Shown here: positions 1-12,780 of the stretch, piece after piece
Layout of the letters: the number at the start of each line of letters is the position of its first letter
How positions within the stretch are numbered: position 1 is the first letter of the stretch
Made by a program: the position numbers and the translations under genes
The notes under the pieces: generated by a model
Database searches by the model: none
What the model was told of the DNA's origin: nothing
The model's input: only the letters and a program-made list of their open reading frames with translations
NCBI RefSeq assembly: GCF_004010195.1
Contig: NC_057719.1
Coordinates: forward strand, 32,899,931-32,961,517
Origin: Chiloscyllium plagiosum
Lineage: Eukaryota
Direction of reading: 5' to 3'
Length of the DNA stretch: 61,587 nucleotides

Positions 1-599
1 TTCAATGGTAATGTTGCTCATTTTATTTTTAAATGTATGATTAATACTACCAGGTGAAATACTTTAATTACATTTACATTTTAATACAATTACAGAATAG
101 TGCGAAACAGAAATGGAAATTCATTAGTCTGCACAGGCTAAACACTATAATCTAATTATGATTTAAAGTAAGAGCAAGGAGTATAAAATTACAGGTGAAG
201 TGGATAAAAATCATTGACATGTTCTAATTTTATATTTATTACATCAAGATTAAAAGAAAATCAAATTAATATTCAGCCTGGCATTTTGTGTTTCATACTG
301 TTAAACAGTATTAAAAATATATTTAGTTTGAGTGATTATTTTCTTCATCATTCAGGTATGAGTACTTGGGTGATGACTTTCTTCAAAATAGCAAGAGAAA
401 TCACATGAGAAGAGTCTTCAAGAGTATATGATAATTGAGACAAAAGTTTGAACATGAAGGAATATGCCCATTCATGGATTTTGCTGTAACATGGATTTTG
501 ATTTCACTTGCACACACTAAACAATAAGATCAACTTCCATTAACACTATACTAAATTAACAAAGGGCCTTCATAAATGCATTTTAAATAAAGAAGCTTG

Positions 600-1043
600 A
601 CAACATTCAGGACAAAGCTTGATTGGCACTTAATTCACAAACAGCTCTTCTCTGCACCACCAATATTCAGGAGCAGCAGTGTGCATTATCTACAAGGTGC
701 ACAGCAGAAATTCACCAAAGATCCTCAGACAGTACCTTCCAAACCTACAACCGCTTCTATCTCGAAGGACAAAGGCAGCAGCACATGGGAACATGATCAC
801 CTGCAAATTCCCCTCCAAGCCCCTCACCATCCTGACTTGGAAATATATCGCCATTGCTTCACTGTCGCTGGGTCAAGAACCTGGAATTGTCTCCCTAAGG
901 ACATTGTGGGTCAACTCACAGCAGGTGAAATGCAGCGATTTTAAGAAGGCAGTTCACCATCATCTTTTCAAGGGCAACTAAGGAGGGGCAATAAATGCTG
1001 GCCAACCAGCGATACCCACATACCACAATTGAATACAAAAAAA
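600..1043 (+). mobile_element. 3' end of a CR1/L2-group LINE (ORF2 C-terminus plus tail)
   Basis: The translation includes FTVAGSRTWNCLP and FKKAVHHHLFKG. The tail GGGCAATAAATGCTGGCC...GAATACAAAAAAA is shared with the tRNA-derived SINEs at about 26875, 47431 and 56653. Confidence 0.75.
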
Positions 1044-1232
1044 TGCAAAGTATTTACCAAAGGTGCCTTATATTATCAAAATTAATCAGAATATCAAAAT
1101 TTCAACTTTACACTATTATATTGCAACTGTCAGTCTAATAAAGAGGCAGGTAAGCATTTAACTTCACCTACTCACTTGTCCATTACTCACATGCCTGAAT
1201 TAATTGACTTTATTTAGTAACAACATGGCTAT

Positions 1233-1805
1233 TAGAACAAAGAACAGGAACAAAGAACAGTACAGGACAGGAACAGGCTCTTTAGCCCTCCAAACCTGCA
1301 TCAACACGTTATGCCCTTCCACACCAAAACTGTCTTCACTTACAGGATCTGTAACCCTCTCTGCCTTTCCAGGTGCTTCTTGAATGCTGCTATTGTGTCT
1401 GCTTCCACCACCCCCTCTGACATGTGTTCCAGGCTCTTACCACAGTTTGTGTGAAAAACCTGCCTTGCACATCTGTTTTAAACATTCCCCCTGCACCTTA
1501 AAAACCCATGTCCCCTAGTAATTGACCCCTCCACCCTGGGAAAATGCTTCACACTTTCCAATACTGTCTATGGCATTCACAATCTTATAAACTTCTACTC
1601 AGGGTACCCCCTCAATCTCCTGCATTCCAGTGAAAACAAACCCAGTCTTTCCAAATTTCTTCATAATTAAAATCCTCCTTATCAGGCAAGATCCTGGTCA
1701 CTCTTTTCTGTATTCTTTCCAAAGCATCCACATCCTTCAGGTCATGTGGTGACTGGAATTGCACACAATATTCCAAGTGTGGCCTAACTAAGGTTCTTTA
1801 AGCAG
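1233..1805 (-). mobile_element. CR1 LINE 3' fragment
   Basis: Short-repeat tail (AGAACAA/GGAACAA units on the + strand) followed by reverse-complement CR1 ORF2 C-terminal sequence similar to the copy at 22932-23844. Confidence 0.8.
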
Positions 1806-2008
1806 CATTTTAAATATCCTGATGTTTTCAAGATGATGTCTAAAATATTTTCAGTCAGTAACCACAGACTGAAGAAGTCCCTGTGATATGGTCTGGCTCT
1901 AAAATTGTTTCCATTTGACTCGATAATTTTGCATCAAATGCTTTAGTGTTTTGTTTAGTTTTCATCATTTTTGTTGTGGTCCTGTTCGCCGAGCTGGGGA
2001 TTTGTGTT

Positions 2009-2048
2009 GCAGACGTTTCGTCCCCTGTCTAGGTGACATCCTCAGTGA
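2009..2048 (-). ncRNA. Second copy of the same hammerhead motif, in the inverted PLE repeat
   Basis: Reverse complement reads TCA-CTGAGGA-TGTCACCTAGACAGGGGAC-GAAACGTC-TGC. The core is intact with one stem I change. Confidence 0.7.
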
Positions 2049-2549
2049 TTGGGAGCCTCCTGTGAAGTGCTTCTGTGATGTTTCCTCCGGCATTTATAGT
2101 GATTTGTATCTGCTGCTTCCAGTTGTCAGTTCCAGCTGTCTGTTGCAGTGGCCAGTGTATTGGGTCCAGGTCGATGTGCATATTGATTGAATCTGTGGAT
2201 GAGTGACATGCCTCTAGGAATTCTCTATCAACAAAACCCTAGCCAGAGAAACAATAGCCAACCTGCTGGACATACAGAACAGACAACAAGACGGGGAACC
2301 TATCAACAAAGACGGCATACTCAAACTACTAGACCTGTGCCTCACAACACACTTCACATTCAACAACCAAATATATGAACAAATCAACGGCACACCCATG
2401 GGCTCACCCATCTCTGGACTCATAGCAGAAGCGGAAATGCAAAGATTAGAACAAATGGTCTTACTGCAAATTCAACCCAAACTCTGGGTCAGATATGTAG
2501 ATGACACCTTTGTAATCATTAAAAACACAGAAACAGAGAACACACACCG

Positions 2550-2732
2550 NNNNNNNNNNNNNNNNNNNNNNNNNNNNNNNNNNNNNNNNNNNNNNNNNNN
2601 NNNNNNNNNNNNNNNNNNNNNNNNNNNNNNNNNNNNNNNNNNNNNNNNNNNNNNNNNNNNNNNNNNNNNNNNNNNNNNNNNNNNNNNNNNNNNNNNNNNN
2701 NNNNNNNNNNNNNNNNNNNNNNNNNNNNNNNN
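2550..2732. other. Assembly gap
   Basis: Run of N. Confidence 1.
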
Positions 2733-3187
2733 TCGATATGCTTATTGATTGAATCTGTGCATGAGTGCTATGCCTCTCGGAATTCCCTGGCTGTTCTCTG
2801 TTTGGCTTGTCTTATAATAGTAGTGTTGTCCCAGTCGAATTCATGTTGCTTGTCATCTGCGTGTGTGGCTACTAAGGATAGCTGAACACCAACTAGCCAC
2901 GAAACGACATGACCAGCTATCCTTAGTAGCCACACACTCAGATGACAAGCAACATGAGTTCAACTGGGACAACACTACTATTATAGGACAAGCCAAACAG
3001 AGAACAGCCAGGGAATTCCTAGAGGCATGGCACTCATCCACAGATTCAATCAATAAGCACATTGACCTGGACCCAATATACCGGCCACTGCTGCGGACAG
3101 CTGGAACTGACAACCGGAAGCGGCAGATACAAATCACTATAAATGCCAGAGGAAACATCACAGAAGCGCTTCACAGGAGGGTTCCAA

Positions 3188-3227
3188 GCACTGAGGATGT
3201 CACCTAGACAGGGGACGAAACGTCTGC
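3188..3227 (+). ncRNA. Minimal type I hammerhead ribozyme motif in the PLE terminal repeat
   Basis: GCA-CTGAGGA-T-GTCACCT(AGAC)AGGGGAC-GAAA-CG-TC-TGC: CUGANGA and GAAA cores, stem II, stem I GCA/TGC, and a palindromic minimal stem III (ACGT). Confidence 0.8.
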
Positions 3228-3599
3228 AACACAAATTCCCAGCTCAGCGAACAGAACCACAACAACGAGCACCCGAGCTACAAATCTTCTCACAAATTTT
3301 CATCTTTTTTGTTGGAATGAAAATATTAGCTCTTATCCATTGTGAAATTATAAAATGCAGAACAAGGCATCCAGATTCTTGGAGAACCAAATTTCCCTTG
3401 CTGAGGATTTTTCCTGTTTTTTTAAAATCCATTTACAAAATAGGACAGGAGAGAAATAAAAGCAATCTTACAAACTGTTTCTTGTAGAAACCTTGAGCCA
3501 AGTTCTCAAATCCATCAAGGTTAATTCTTCGAGTGCATTCTGATTATCTGATTGTTCCTTTTGAATGGGTGACATTACGTACCACTGAAACATAAAGTC

Positions 3600-4750
3600 T
3601 TTGAATCATAGAGCTTAAGCACGGAAGAAGGCCCTGATGCCCATCATGTCTGTGCTGGCTTAAAGCACCTATCTACTCACGTCTAAATTTCCAGCACTTG
3701 GCTTGTATTCTTCTATGCATGTCACTTCATCGAAATATTTCTTTAAAATTGTGACAGTTCTCATTTCTCCATCCTTTCAAGCAGTGAATTCCAGATAATC
3801 ATCACTGAGTGAACAAATTATTTCTTAAATTCACTCTAAATCTACCTTTTAATGCTTGGTTATTGATTCCTTCACTGAGGGGAAAGGTTTACTCCTATCT
3901 ATCCTATTACAGATTCAAAATGGTGGTGGTGAAGTAGGCAGCATCCAGGTTCCTGAGCGCAGGGTTCAGCCACTATATCTGTTGGCTTATTTTTTTCTTA
4001 TTTCTTTCTTTTTCTCTTATTTTGATTTTGCCTCTACTTGTCTTCTGGGGAAAGCTCGGTTGTGGTGGCATTGGTGGCAACAGCTTTGACAACAAAGACG
4101 GAAGGCAGTTTCATTGGGGTCCAGCATGTGGTGGCAGTTGGTGAGCCCGAAGCAGAACTCTGACACACATAGGCGAAGATACGGCTGGTGGAGGGGTGAG
4201 CACAGGATCCGGTATCAGCTGTTACATCAGTGGAGGCAATGTTGGCAAGATAGCCCAAATGGTGAAAGATGGGGCCTGAGGATCAGCGACTTCGACATTG
4301 TGGATGGTGTTGCTGCCCTTGCTGTGTGCCCTGAGCTGTTGGTGTCTGGTATCCAAGGTGGAAGTCTGCAGGATCAAGCAGTGAGCTGGAGTTGCCACAT
4401 AACTGCTTTGACTGAAGGGTCTAGCATTGGTGGTAGCGAAGTGTGGTAGAAGGGTCATGGACTCTTTTTAAGCTCTACTTTTCTTTTTGTGATTCTTAAA
4501 CTATTCAAAATGGCACTGGATCAGAGTGATGGTGCAAGCTTTTCACTGTATTTTATTATATTTTTCACTGGAAAATACATGTGACAATAAAATCATTCAA
4601 ATCATCCATCCATCCTGTATATTCCCCTTAATTTTGTATAGCTCAATCTGGTCCGACTCAGCCCTCTCTGGTCTAAGGAAAGTGACACCTGTCTATTTTA
4701 GCTCTCTCCATCAGTCAAATGTCAGTACATCAGTCTTAGACCACATACTC
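3600..4750 (-). mobile_element. Old CR1 3' fragment split by an insertion at about 3911-4612
   Basis: Degenerate CR1 3' UTR and ORF2 end at 3600-3910 that resumes at about 4612-4750. Confidence 0.55.
3911..4612 (+). mobile_element. Non-autonomous retroelement with a Rex1/Babar-like 3' tail
   Basis: GC-richer insert that interrupts a CR1 fragment and ends in TACATGTGACAATAAAATCATTCAAATCATCCATCC. It has no recognisable protein. Confidence 0.45.
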
Positions 4751-5650
4751 ATAAAAAATACAATTAAACAGAGGTGTGCAATTTACAAGTATTGAACCAA
4801 AGGATTAATTGACAGTTCCTATTTTCAGAGTCTACTGAAGAAGAAAACCTTTTCCATTCTTGACTTGAATTTTAAGTACGCTCAAATATTTGGGGGTCAG
4901 ATATCTGGATAAACAGCAGATTTCCTTTGAGGAAAAGGCTGTTCAGCATGTTACGCAGACTCGCACTTGTAGCTGTTGTATCAGAAGCTCCAATTTCTTT
5001 AAAGTAACCTTGCAGTTTGAAATCAGGTTGGGAGGGTTTTTTTAAGAGACATTTACGCCTCTTGGTTTCTTGAATGGCAAATCTGTTGCTGATCTTTTGA
5101 TGTTATTCCACAGATTGCTCTGGTCTCTTCTCAGATTTGGGATACAATAGAAGTCAGATGGAGGCCTCCATATCAGGGAACCAGTTTCAGTAACATGTTT
5201 AACAGCCACTGATATTTAACAGAAGGTAGCCTTTCACCATTAACTTGTGAATAATTGGCCTCGCTAGCTTCCCCTTGATATATTGCAAACCATGAAACAA
5301 AGAAACTGAGTGCAGTGTCAATTTTTAAATAAATAAAGACAATTACAGAAACTGAAGTACAAGCACAGTCCATGTTAAAATTGCAACTATGAAATGACAT
5401 GAAATAAGACTCTTTTGAAACACCTGGGACCTTTACATATTAAAATAACAACTGCAATTGTTGCACATTACTATTTCCAACCCTTTGCCAAGTGATTGTG
5501 TGATTTTCAGATTTCAGCTTCTTAATCTATGGAATTTCAACCCTAAACCTCTCTGTCTTTCCATTTCTCTTTCCTCTTTTAGAACTGTCTTTCAAATCTA
5601 CTTCTCTCATTATATCTCCTCAAGCGGTTCAACATCAAAGTGCACTAACT

Positions 5651-5800
5651 AAAAACCGAAAGAACTATAGATGCTGGAAATCAGAAACAACACCTGCTGG
5701 AAAAGCTCAGCAGGTCTGGCAGCATCTGAACCAGCCTTCTGAAGGGTCACTGGACCCAAAATGTTAATTCTGATTTCTCTCCACAGATGCAGCCTGGTCT
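5651..5800. repeat. PLE-derived short palindromic element with a decayed hammerhead region
   Basis: AAAACCGAAAGAACTATAGATGCTGG...CAGCAGGTCTGGCAGCATCTG...TCTGAAGGGTCACTGGACCCAAAATGTT...CAGATGCAGCC. Similar decayed relatives lie near 14950, 17370, 21710 and 56470. Confidence 0.55.
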
Positions 5801-7401
5801 ACTCCATGAGATGGGAATCTACCCCTCAGCACTAAGTGTCTTAGCAGCAGCATTACAATGAACTGTACCAGTACACTTTAAGCTTGCAGCATTAAAGTGG
5901 GGTACCATACCATAAGTAGTTCAAACATGTGTCATGATGATACAGTGAGGCTGATTTGTGTTGAATGCTAATGTCTATAGATGGGGTTGTTATCCTTGGA
6001 GTGTCCCTTGAGCTATTAGTGCCTGGTCTCCAAGGTGGAGGTCTGCAGGATCAAGTGGTAAGCTGAAGTTGCCACATAACTGCTTTGAATGAGAATGGGA
6101 ACTATGAGGCAAGATTAATGAAGAATGAGATATGCATGTGTGGTCATGCTTATAGTCCTCTTGCTGCTCACTAGTGAGAATCCCATTGTGCCACTCAACA
6201 CTTTATAAGAAAATGGGACTTTTCGCTGTTGACATTGAGAAGTTCCCCACTGGCCATCTCAGGTGATTCTCTGAAATTTCTCATAATGGCTCTCACCATT
6301 CAATGCCTGAGAATGTTGTGGCCTATATTTTGAAAACAATTATTTGGTTGAGCATCAATTTGTGGCATCCTGAAATCATAAAAGACAATATATACAGGCT
6401 AGTTGCTTTGGTACAATTGTTCATGATTTTGCTGAAAATACTGATAGCAAATTGCCATTTGCATGCATTGAAACATTTATTATTAATACTGCACAGCAGT
6501 ACTTCAACAGTATTTTACTTTAACACAGTACAATTCTTACCTCTCTGTTGTTTTACAGCTGCAAGTACATGGCATTCATCCAAAAGTTTCTATTGAAATC
6601 ATTAGAGAAACAACTCCAGTGTAAATACTGGCAGACATTCTATAATGCCAGAGGCTGTCTTTGTGTTTTAAAAGAGTGCTGTTTGTCTGTCTGCAGTTAT
6701 AAAATTGGCACATTTTATTAAAAGTTGCGGCGGTAATATTACCATGTATTCTAAAGCATTCTTTTGTCTTTTGCATAATCTTCCATTGAGTAATGAGTTT
6801 CACCGAAGAAGGAGCTGGAATTTTAGTCATACTTATCTGGTTGCTTCCTATCCTAAAAGGTGGTTAGATTTCACAACATTCAATTTCAGTTTTCATTTAC
6901 ACAATGCAGCAAAGGCACACCTTGAAGCCAGTGCAGCCATCTACAGTGCAACTTAACCAGAATTGAGTCAGGCCAGTCAGACCGTTATAGAATTTAAAAC
7001 TGACCAAGTGCTCCACAGCATCCTTGCTCTTTGTAAGTCAGAAAAGGGTCACGGCATGAATAAATTCTGAAAACCAATGTTTCTAAAGTTCCCATCTGGA
7101 AAGTTTAAGCTTCCTTTGCTATGAACTTTACCCCATTCTCCATTTGTCCACACACATCTGAATGCCACTGAGCAACCAAGATCTTTTGCAAATCCTGCAG
7201 TTACATCCTGTCCATTCCAGGAAGTGGATCAGCAGCACAATAATGAAACCCAGCAGCTTTAATGTCACCATGGCTTTACTCGCCTGTAGGTGTGAAACTG
7301 AGAGACTCTTTCCTTCCTTCTTCTTGAAATCTTATACACAGTCAAACCATTTATGCACAAAAGGTGCCCTTCATTAACGTGACTTTTTGCCACAATGGAG
7401 A

Positions 7402-8610
7402 GACCATAAGACCATAAGATACTGGAGCACAGTTAGGCCATTTTCTCCATTGAGTCTGCTTTGCCATTCAATCATGGCTGATATGTATCTCAACCCCATT
7501 CTCCTATCTTCTTCCTGTAACTTTTCATCCTCTTACTAATCAAAAAACTATGTCTTAAATACACTCAATGACTTGGCCTCCACCCTTTGTGGCACAATGA
7601 GTTCTACAAGTTCATCATATATGAGCTGAAGAAATTTCTCCTCATCTCAGATCTGAAGGGTTGCCCCTTTACATTGAGGCTGTGTCTTCAGGTCCTGGTC
7701 TCTCCTACAAGTGGAAACATCTTATCCATGTTTACTCTACCCAGGCCTCTCAGTATTCTGTAAGTTTCAAAGAGATCCCTCATCCTTCAAAGCTTCAAAT
7801 ATAGGGGCAGACTCCTCAACTGAAGATCATATGACAAGCCCTTCATCACTGGGATCATACTTGTACACTTCCTCTGGACTACCTCCAAGGACAGCACATC
7901 CTTCCTCAAATATGGGGCATAAAATTGCTCACAATATCCAAATGCGATCTGACCAGAGCCTTATACAGCCTCAGCAATATGTCCCTACTCTAGCCAGCTT
8001 GAAATGAATGTTAATTTTGTTTTTGCCTTCCTAACTGCTAACTGAACCTGCATGTTAACCTTAAGAGAATCACTGAACTGGAGCTTCTAAGTCAATTTGT
8101 GCTTCAGATTTCCAAACTCTTTCCTCTTAGAAAATAGTCTACACCTCGAGCCTTCCTAAAAAAGTGCAGAAGCTCACACTTTCCCACATTATATTCTATC
8201 CACCACTCCTTTTTTGCCCCATCTCCTAGCCTGTTCGAGTCCTTCTGCAACCTCCCTGCTTCTTCAACACTATCTGTCCTTCCACGATTCTTTGTGTTGT
8301 GCTGCAAACTTAGCAACACTACCCTCAGTTCTTTCATCCAGGTAGTTAGTGTATAATGTGAATAGTTGAGGTCCAAAACACAAACTACTGCAGAATTCCA
8401 CTTGTAACCACTGCCATCCTAAAAAAGACTTATTTATCCCCATTCTCTGTTATCTGTCAGTCAGCTAACCCTCTATCCATGCCAGTACCTTGCCCCCTAA
8501 CACATCCATGGACTCTTATCTTATTTAGCAACCTCCAGTGCAGCCCCTTGTCAAAGGACTTTTGGAAATCCAAATAGATCATGTCCACTGGTTCTCCTTT
8601 GTTTATGAGC
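7402..8610 (-). mobile_element. CR1 LINE, RT to 3' end, degenerate
   Basis: Fragments DMIYLDFQKSFDK and WWIEYNVGKCELLHF, with a (GACCATAA)n tail. Confidence 0.85.
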
Positions 8611-10079
8611 CTTTCCTTTGTTTCAAAATTAAAAGAAATAGCCAAAAATCAGAAGTGTCAGCACAGGATCTATCAGTTTTGGGGAGCTAACAGTGTTGTC
8701 AGGTCATGTTTCAGACATTTACATTTTGTGCAAGCAGCTGTCTCCACTCCTATGTGATATTAGAGCCTGACACACCAGCTAGAAATATTTGGCTTCCAGG
8801 AGCAAGTCTGAATCTTTGGATTTCCTTGGATGGCCAGCATATCCTTTTGGAGAGGTAAAGCATTCTTTTGAATATGTTCCCAGGACAATCTTGGAAGAGG
8901 TAAACTGCTTTTTGGGAGAGATTTTCGTTAGGAGAAGATGTGAACATGCATTTAAAAATGCATAATCTGATTAACCCATTGGAACTGTCTAACTCATTGG
9001 AACGGTCAAGAGAACTGTCAAAAGCAACTGTCAAGAGGTCCTGTCAAAAAATGTGAAGTGGATGTGTCAAAATCTACTGCCCTTTAAAAATGTTTAAAAA
9101 TAAGTGTCACGAATAGAAAGAAAAATCTTGCTTTTTCATTCTGATGCTTAACACAAGTCATCATGGGGCCACAATAACTTTGCACTAAGTTAGCATATGG
9201 TGTATAAAGGGCCATGGGAGGTGAGCGTAAGGGCACTGGTAGGTGTGAAAGATATGAGGGGTGAGTAAAGTGGCTAATTTAGTATGGAGTGTTTAAGAGA
9301 TTAAGGGGGTGGATTCATAGCATAGAGATGGCATGGAAAGTTTAAGGAATGTAAGGAGCAATGGCTGGAGGGATAGTTTATTGTTTGTTTTTTAAATTCG
9401 GACACTGTGCTGGTGCTCTGGGCAGGCCTTGATGCCAGGCCCAGCTCTAACAGTTTCCTATTTTTGGGTCACCCGCTCCAACATCTAACTTAGCCCAATG
9501 CTCCCCATCCCTGATGTTTAAAAGTCAGCCTTGCAAAGCTGAAAATTGCTCTGATTGTACATCCAACTTTGTGAATAGAAGAACTGAGGTCTGAGAGCCA
9601 CAGTTCTTTATCTGGTGTTCCCATTTAAACAATGATACAAAAACTGCAAATAAACAAGTCAGTCAGAACAATAAATATGATATTTTGTATTTTCTCGTTA
9701 AAATACTGTGAAAAATAATACAACATTAGATTGGAAATGGATCTTAAGGGTATGCCACTTTTATCAACAGAAATATGAAACTGATGAGCAAGGATCCACA
9801 GGGAAGTGAATGGCATTTTCTAGATTAATCTTTACATCTACAACCTTAAGCTCAAGCGTTCAGTCTTTAATACTTTGTCAGTGCATAATAATGGATCAGT
9901 ACACAATTATAGTCCCAAATCGATAAGGTTATGAGGCAAAGTTCCAGAATATTATTCTCTCCACATATCTGAGTCAATTCTGGCTGGAGACCTACAAAAG
10001 CAACAATTTTTCATGAGCACTGGGACTAATAAGTCCCAAAGAGTATACATCATGGTAATATGCATTTTTCTAATATCTT

Positions 10080-10560
10080 CCAACATTAGCCAAAACCAAA
10101 CATTAATCTACTTCCCTTTCCAAATCTTCACATCCGTTGACTGCTAACTCCCTTTCTATCCAAAATCATATCTGATTGAGAAGTATTGGCAAATTAATCC
10201 AATGATCCATGTCATTGCTTCTGCTTCACTTTCATTTCCTTCATTCTATATTCTGAATGTATACCTGCATTCTCCCAATACTGTTGGCTTGAACATATTT
10301 GATTTTAATTGCTTCAACACTGATGGTTGTGGCCTCAGCTATCAGGCCCAGAACTCTGGAATTCCCTCTCTAAATCTCTCTGTTGCTCTACATCTCTTTC
10401 CCTTCTTAAAATGCATCTTAAAAACTATACCTTTGGTCAAAATTTGTCTTAAATTCTCAAGCAGCGTTTTGTCAAATTTTGTTCAATAATCTTTCTGTAA
10501 AGTAACTTGGGCCAGTTTACGACATTAGAATTCCTATATAATCATAAGCTGGTTTTTGTT
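10080..10560 (+). mobile_element. Old L2-like LINE 3' fragment
   Basis: CTCTGGAATTCCCTCTCTAAATCTCTC...CTTAAAAACTATACCTTTG and a TATATAA...GTTTTTGTT tail. Similar pieces lie at about 5500-5640, 31270-31625 and 38780-38990. Confidence 0.55.
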
Positions 10561-11339
10561 ATTCTATAAGCTGGCCAGACTGCCTTGAACATGTCTTCAA
10601 ACCTTGCAGCCTGTTGTCCTTTCATTTATACACACTTCAATTTATTTTGTTTTAAAGCACGAACCATAAAGGATAACTCAGTCCAGAAAACTTGCCTATG
10701 AAGGAAAAGAAATTATCAAAACTCTCAAACTGTGGCTTGGTTTGCAGTATCTTGCACTAAAATGTGTGAATCTGTGGATGTTAACTAAGGGCTAAGCTAT
10801 AATGTCCACCTTGATGTGAATGCAAAATTCATTCAGGCTGATAATTGGGAGCAGGGGTTTCAATTTGCAGTGTACCTGCATCCAGAGGACATGTATGAGC
10901 CGGTCCTGTGTAACTTGGAGTTTCCATTTCATCGTAATTGCCCTCTCCACACTCCAGAGGACTGAATCAGATTCTGAACAAACTGTTGGCAGCCTTTCCT
11001 TCTTAAAGGGACAACGTGTATAAAAGGGAAAACTGCAACCAGGAACAGTAAGCTGCTGGATAATTTACCTTTTAGTATTCAGGAAGATGTAAAGGCACAA
11101 GAGAAAGAAAGGTCTCTCAGATATTGTGACACCAGCCTGGACTCTCTCTGTTGAGAGGTCTTGGCCGGGGAAGATGCCCGGTTTCCAGAGAAGGCAGGAA
11201 GCACATCAGACTAATGCTGAAGGGAGTGCAGACAGGGAATATGGATGGTTAATGCCCACAACGTTTTATTAAAGATTTGGCAGATGTGCCACAAAATGCT
11301 AACTCATTTCACATAGATCATCTGAGTGGGTGAATCAAA

Positions 11340-12780
11340 TTCAACATGACCTACTTACCCAGCTTTTTCCACAGTTTGAAAGATTATTTTCTTTTCAGCT
11401 AATTTTCAATCCCCTTTATCAAACTATTATGGAAATGATCTCCATGTAACATTCAACATCCTATACACTCACTGCAAGAATGCATATATCTTCCCAACAC
11501 CTTTGGTTTTTATGCCACACAGCACAAATCAGTGTCCTCTGATTTTCCACTCTTTTGCCAATTATGCATCTTCGCCCATTTTGGTGTGTCTGGAACCTTG
11601 TGATCTTGAACAACACAATTAACTCTCCACTCTCTATGGAGAATGGACCTTCTCCAATTTATCCATGAGGTCTCCTCATCCCCGGAACCTTTCCTGGAAT
11701 CTTTTCTGCAGCAGCTTAAAGTCTTCATATTCCTCCTGATGAGAGGCCAAACTAATGTTTATAAGTGTTCACCATAGCTTCCCTGTTTTGTACTTTATTT
11801 ATAAATTCCAGAATTCTGCGGCATCTTATTAATTGCTTTCTCAAACTGCCATTTCCAATTATTTGTTCACAAATGTACCCAATTCACTGTGCACCTGCAC
11901 CCCCTTCAGAATTGCATCCTTAATTTTATTTCATCTCTCCTCATCTGCCTTATCAAAATGTATAATTGTGTATTTCCCTAAATTAAATTGCATCTGTCGC
12001 ATGACTGTAAATTCCACTAGCTGTCAATGTCATCTTGAAATCTATCATTATCCTCCCCATAGTTCAATATATTTCCAAACTTTGTGTCATCAGCAAATAT
12101 CAAAGCTGTGTTAAAGTTAAGGTCATTAATAAATATCATGAAAATCAGCGGTTTAATATCAATCCTGAAAAGTTTCGCTATATATATCTCTCCAGCCTGA
12201 AAAACAACCCTTCACTACTACTCTGTTGCAGTCTCTCAGCCAACTTCATATTCATACCATCACTATCCCTGTTTAATCCATGAGCTGTGAGTTTTCTGAC
12301 AAGCCTGTAACGTGTCACTTTATTAAATGTCTTTTGGAAGCCCGTATAAAACAACATGGGGCACAGTGGTTAGCACTGCTGCCTCACAGTGCCAGAGCCC
12401 CGGGTTCAATTCCCGCCTCAGACAACTGTCTGTGTGAAGTTTGCTCATTCTCCTCGTGTCTGTGTGGGTTTCCTCCGGGTGCTCTGGTTTCCTTCCACAG
12501 TCCAAAAATGTGCAGGTTAGGTGAATTGGCCATGCTAAATTGTCGATAGTGTTAGGTGAAGGGCTAAATGTAGGGGAATGGGTCTGGGTGGGTTGCTCTT
12601 CGGAGGATCAGTGTGGACTTGTTGGGCCGAACAGCCTGTATCCACACTGTAAGCAATCTAATCTAAAACACGTTCAACTCCATTATCCTCATCAACCCTC
12701 TCTGAAATTGCATCAGAAACTCAATCATGTCAGTTTTCCTTCACAAAGCTATACGAGCTTTCCCTAATTAATCCACAATT
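11340..12780 (-). mobile_element. Old CR1 fragment interrupted by an HE1 SINE
   Basis: Degenerate CR1 RT and 3' sequence that continues on both sides of 12358-12669. Confidence 0.6.
12358..12669 (+). mobile_element. HE1 SINE (tRNA-derived V-SINE)
   Basis: tRNA head GCACAGTGGTTAGCACTG...GGTTCAATTCC, V-domain GTGGGTTTCCTCCGGGTGCTC, CR1-like tail and (AATCT)n. Confidence 0.92.

Larger units (their letters stand above)
1970..3297 (+). mobile_element. Penelope-like element (PLE) with inverted terminal segments; RT and GIY-YIG C-terminal fragments; contains an assembly gap
   Basis: RT motifs GTPMGSPISGLIAE and WVRYVDDTFVII (about 2390-2520). Endonuclease C-terminus EHQLATKRHD...AREFLEAWHS...INKHIDLDPIY (2884-3090). 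Segments 1970-2223 and 2733-2884 are reverse complements of the 3' part. Confidence 0.9.

Noticed and set aside
4800..7380. Unique sequence with acceptor-like sites and short ORFs
   Set aside because: The frames I read hit stops quickly and show no resemblance to MDGA2 or any family I recognise.
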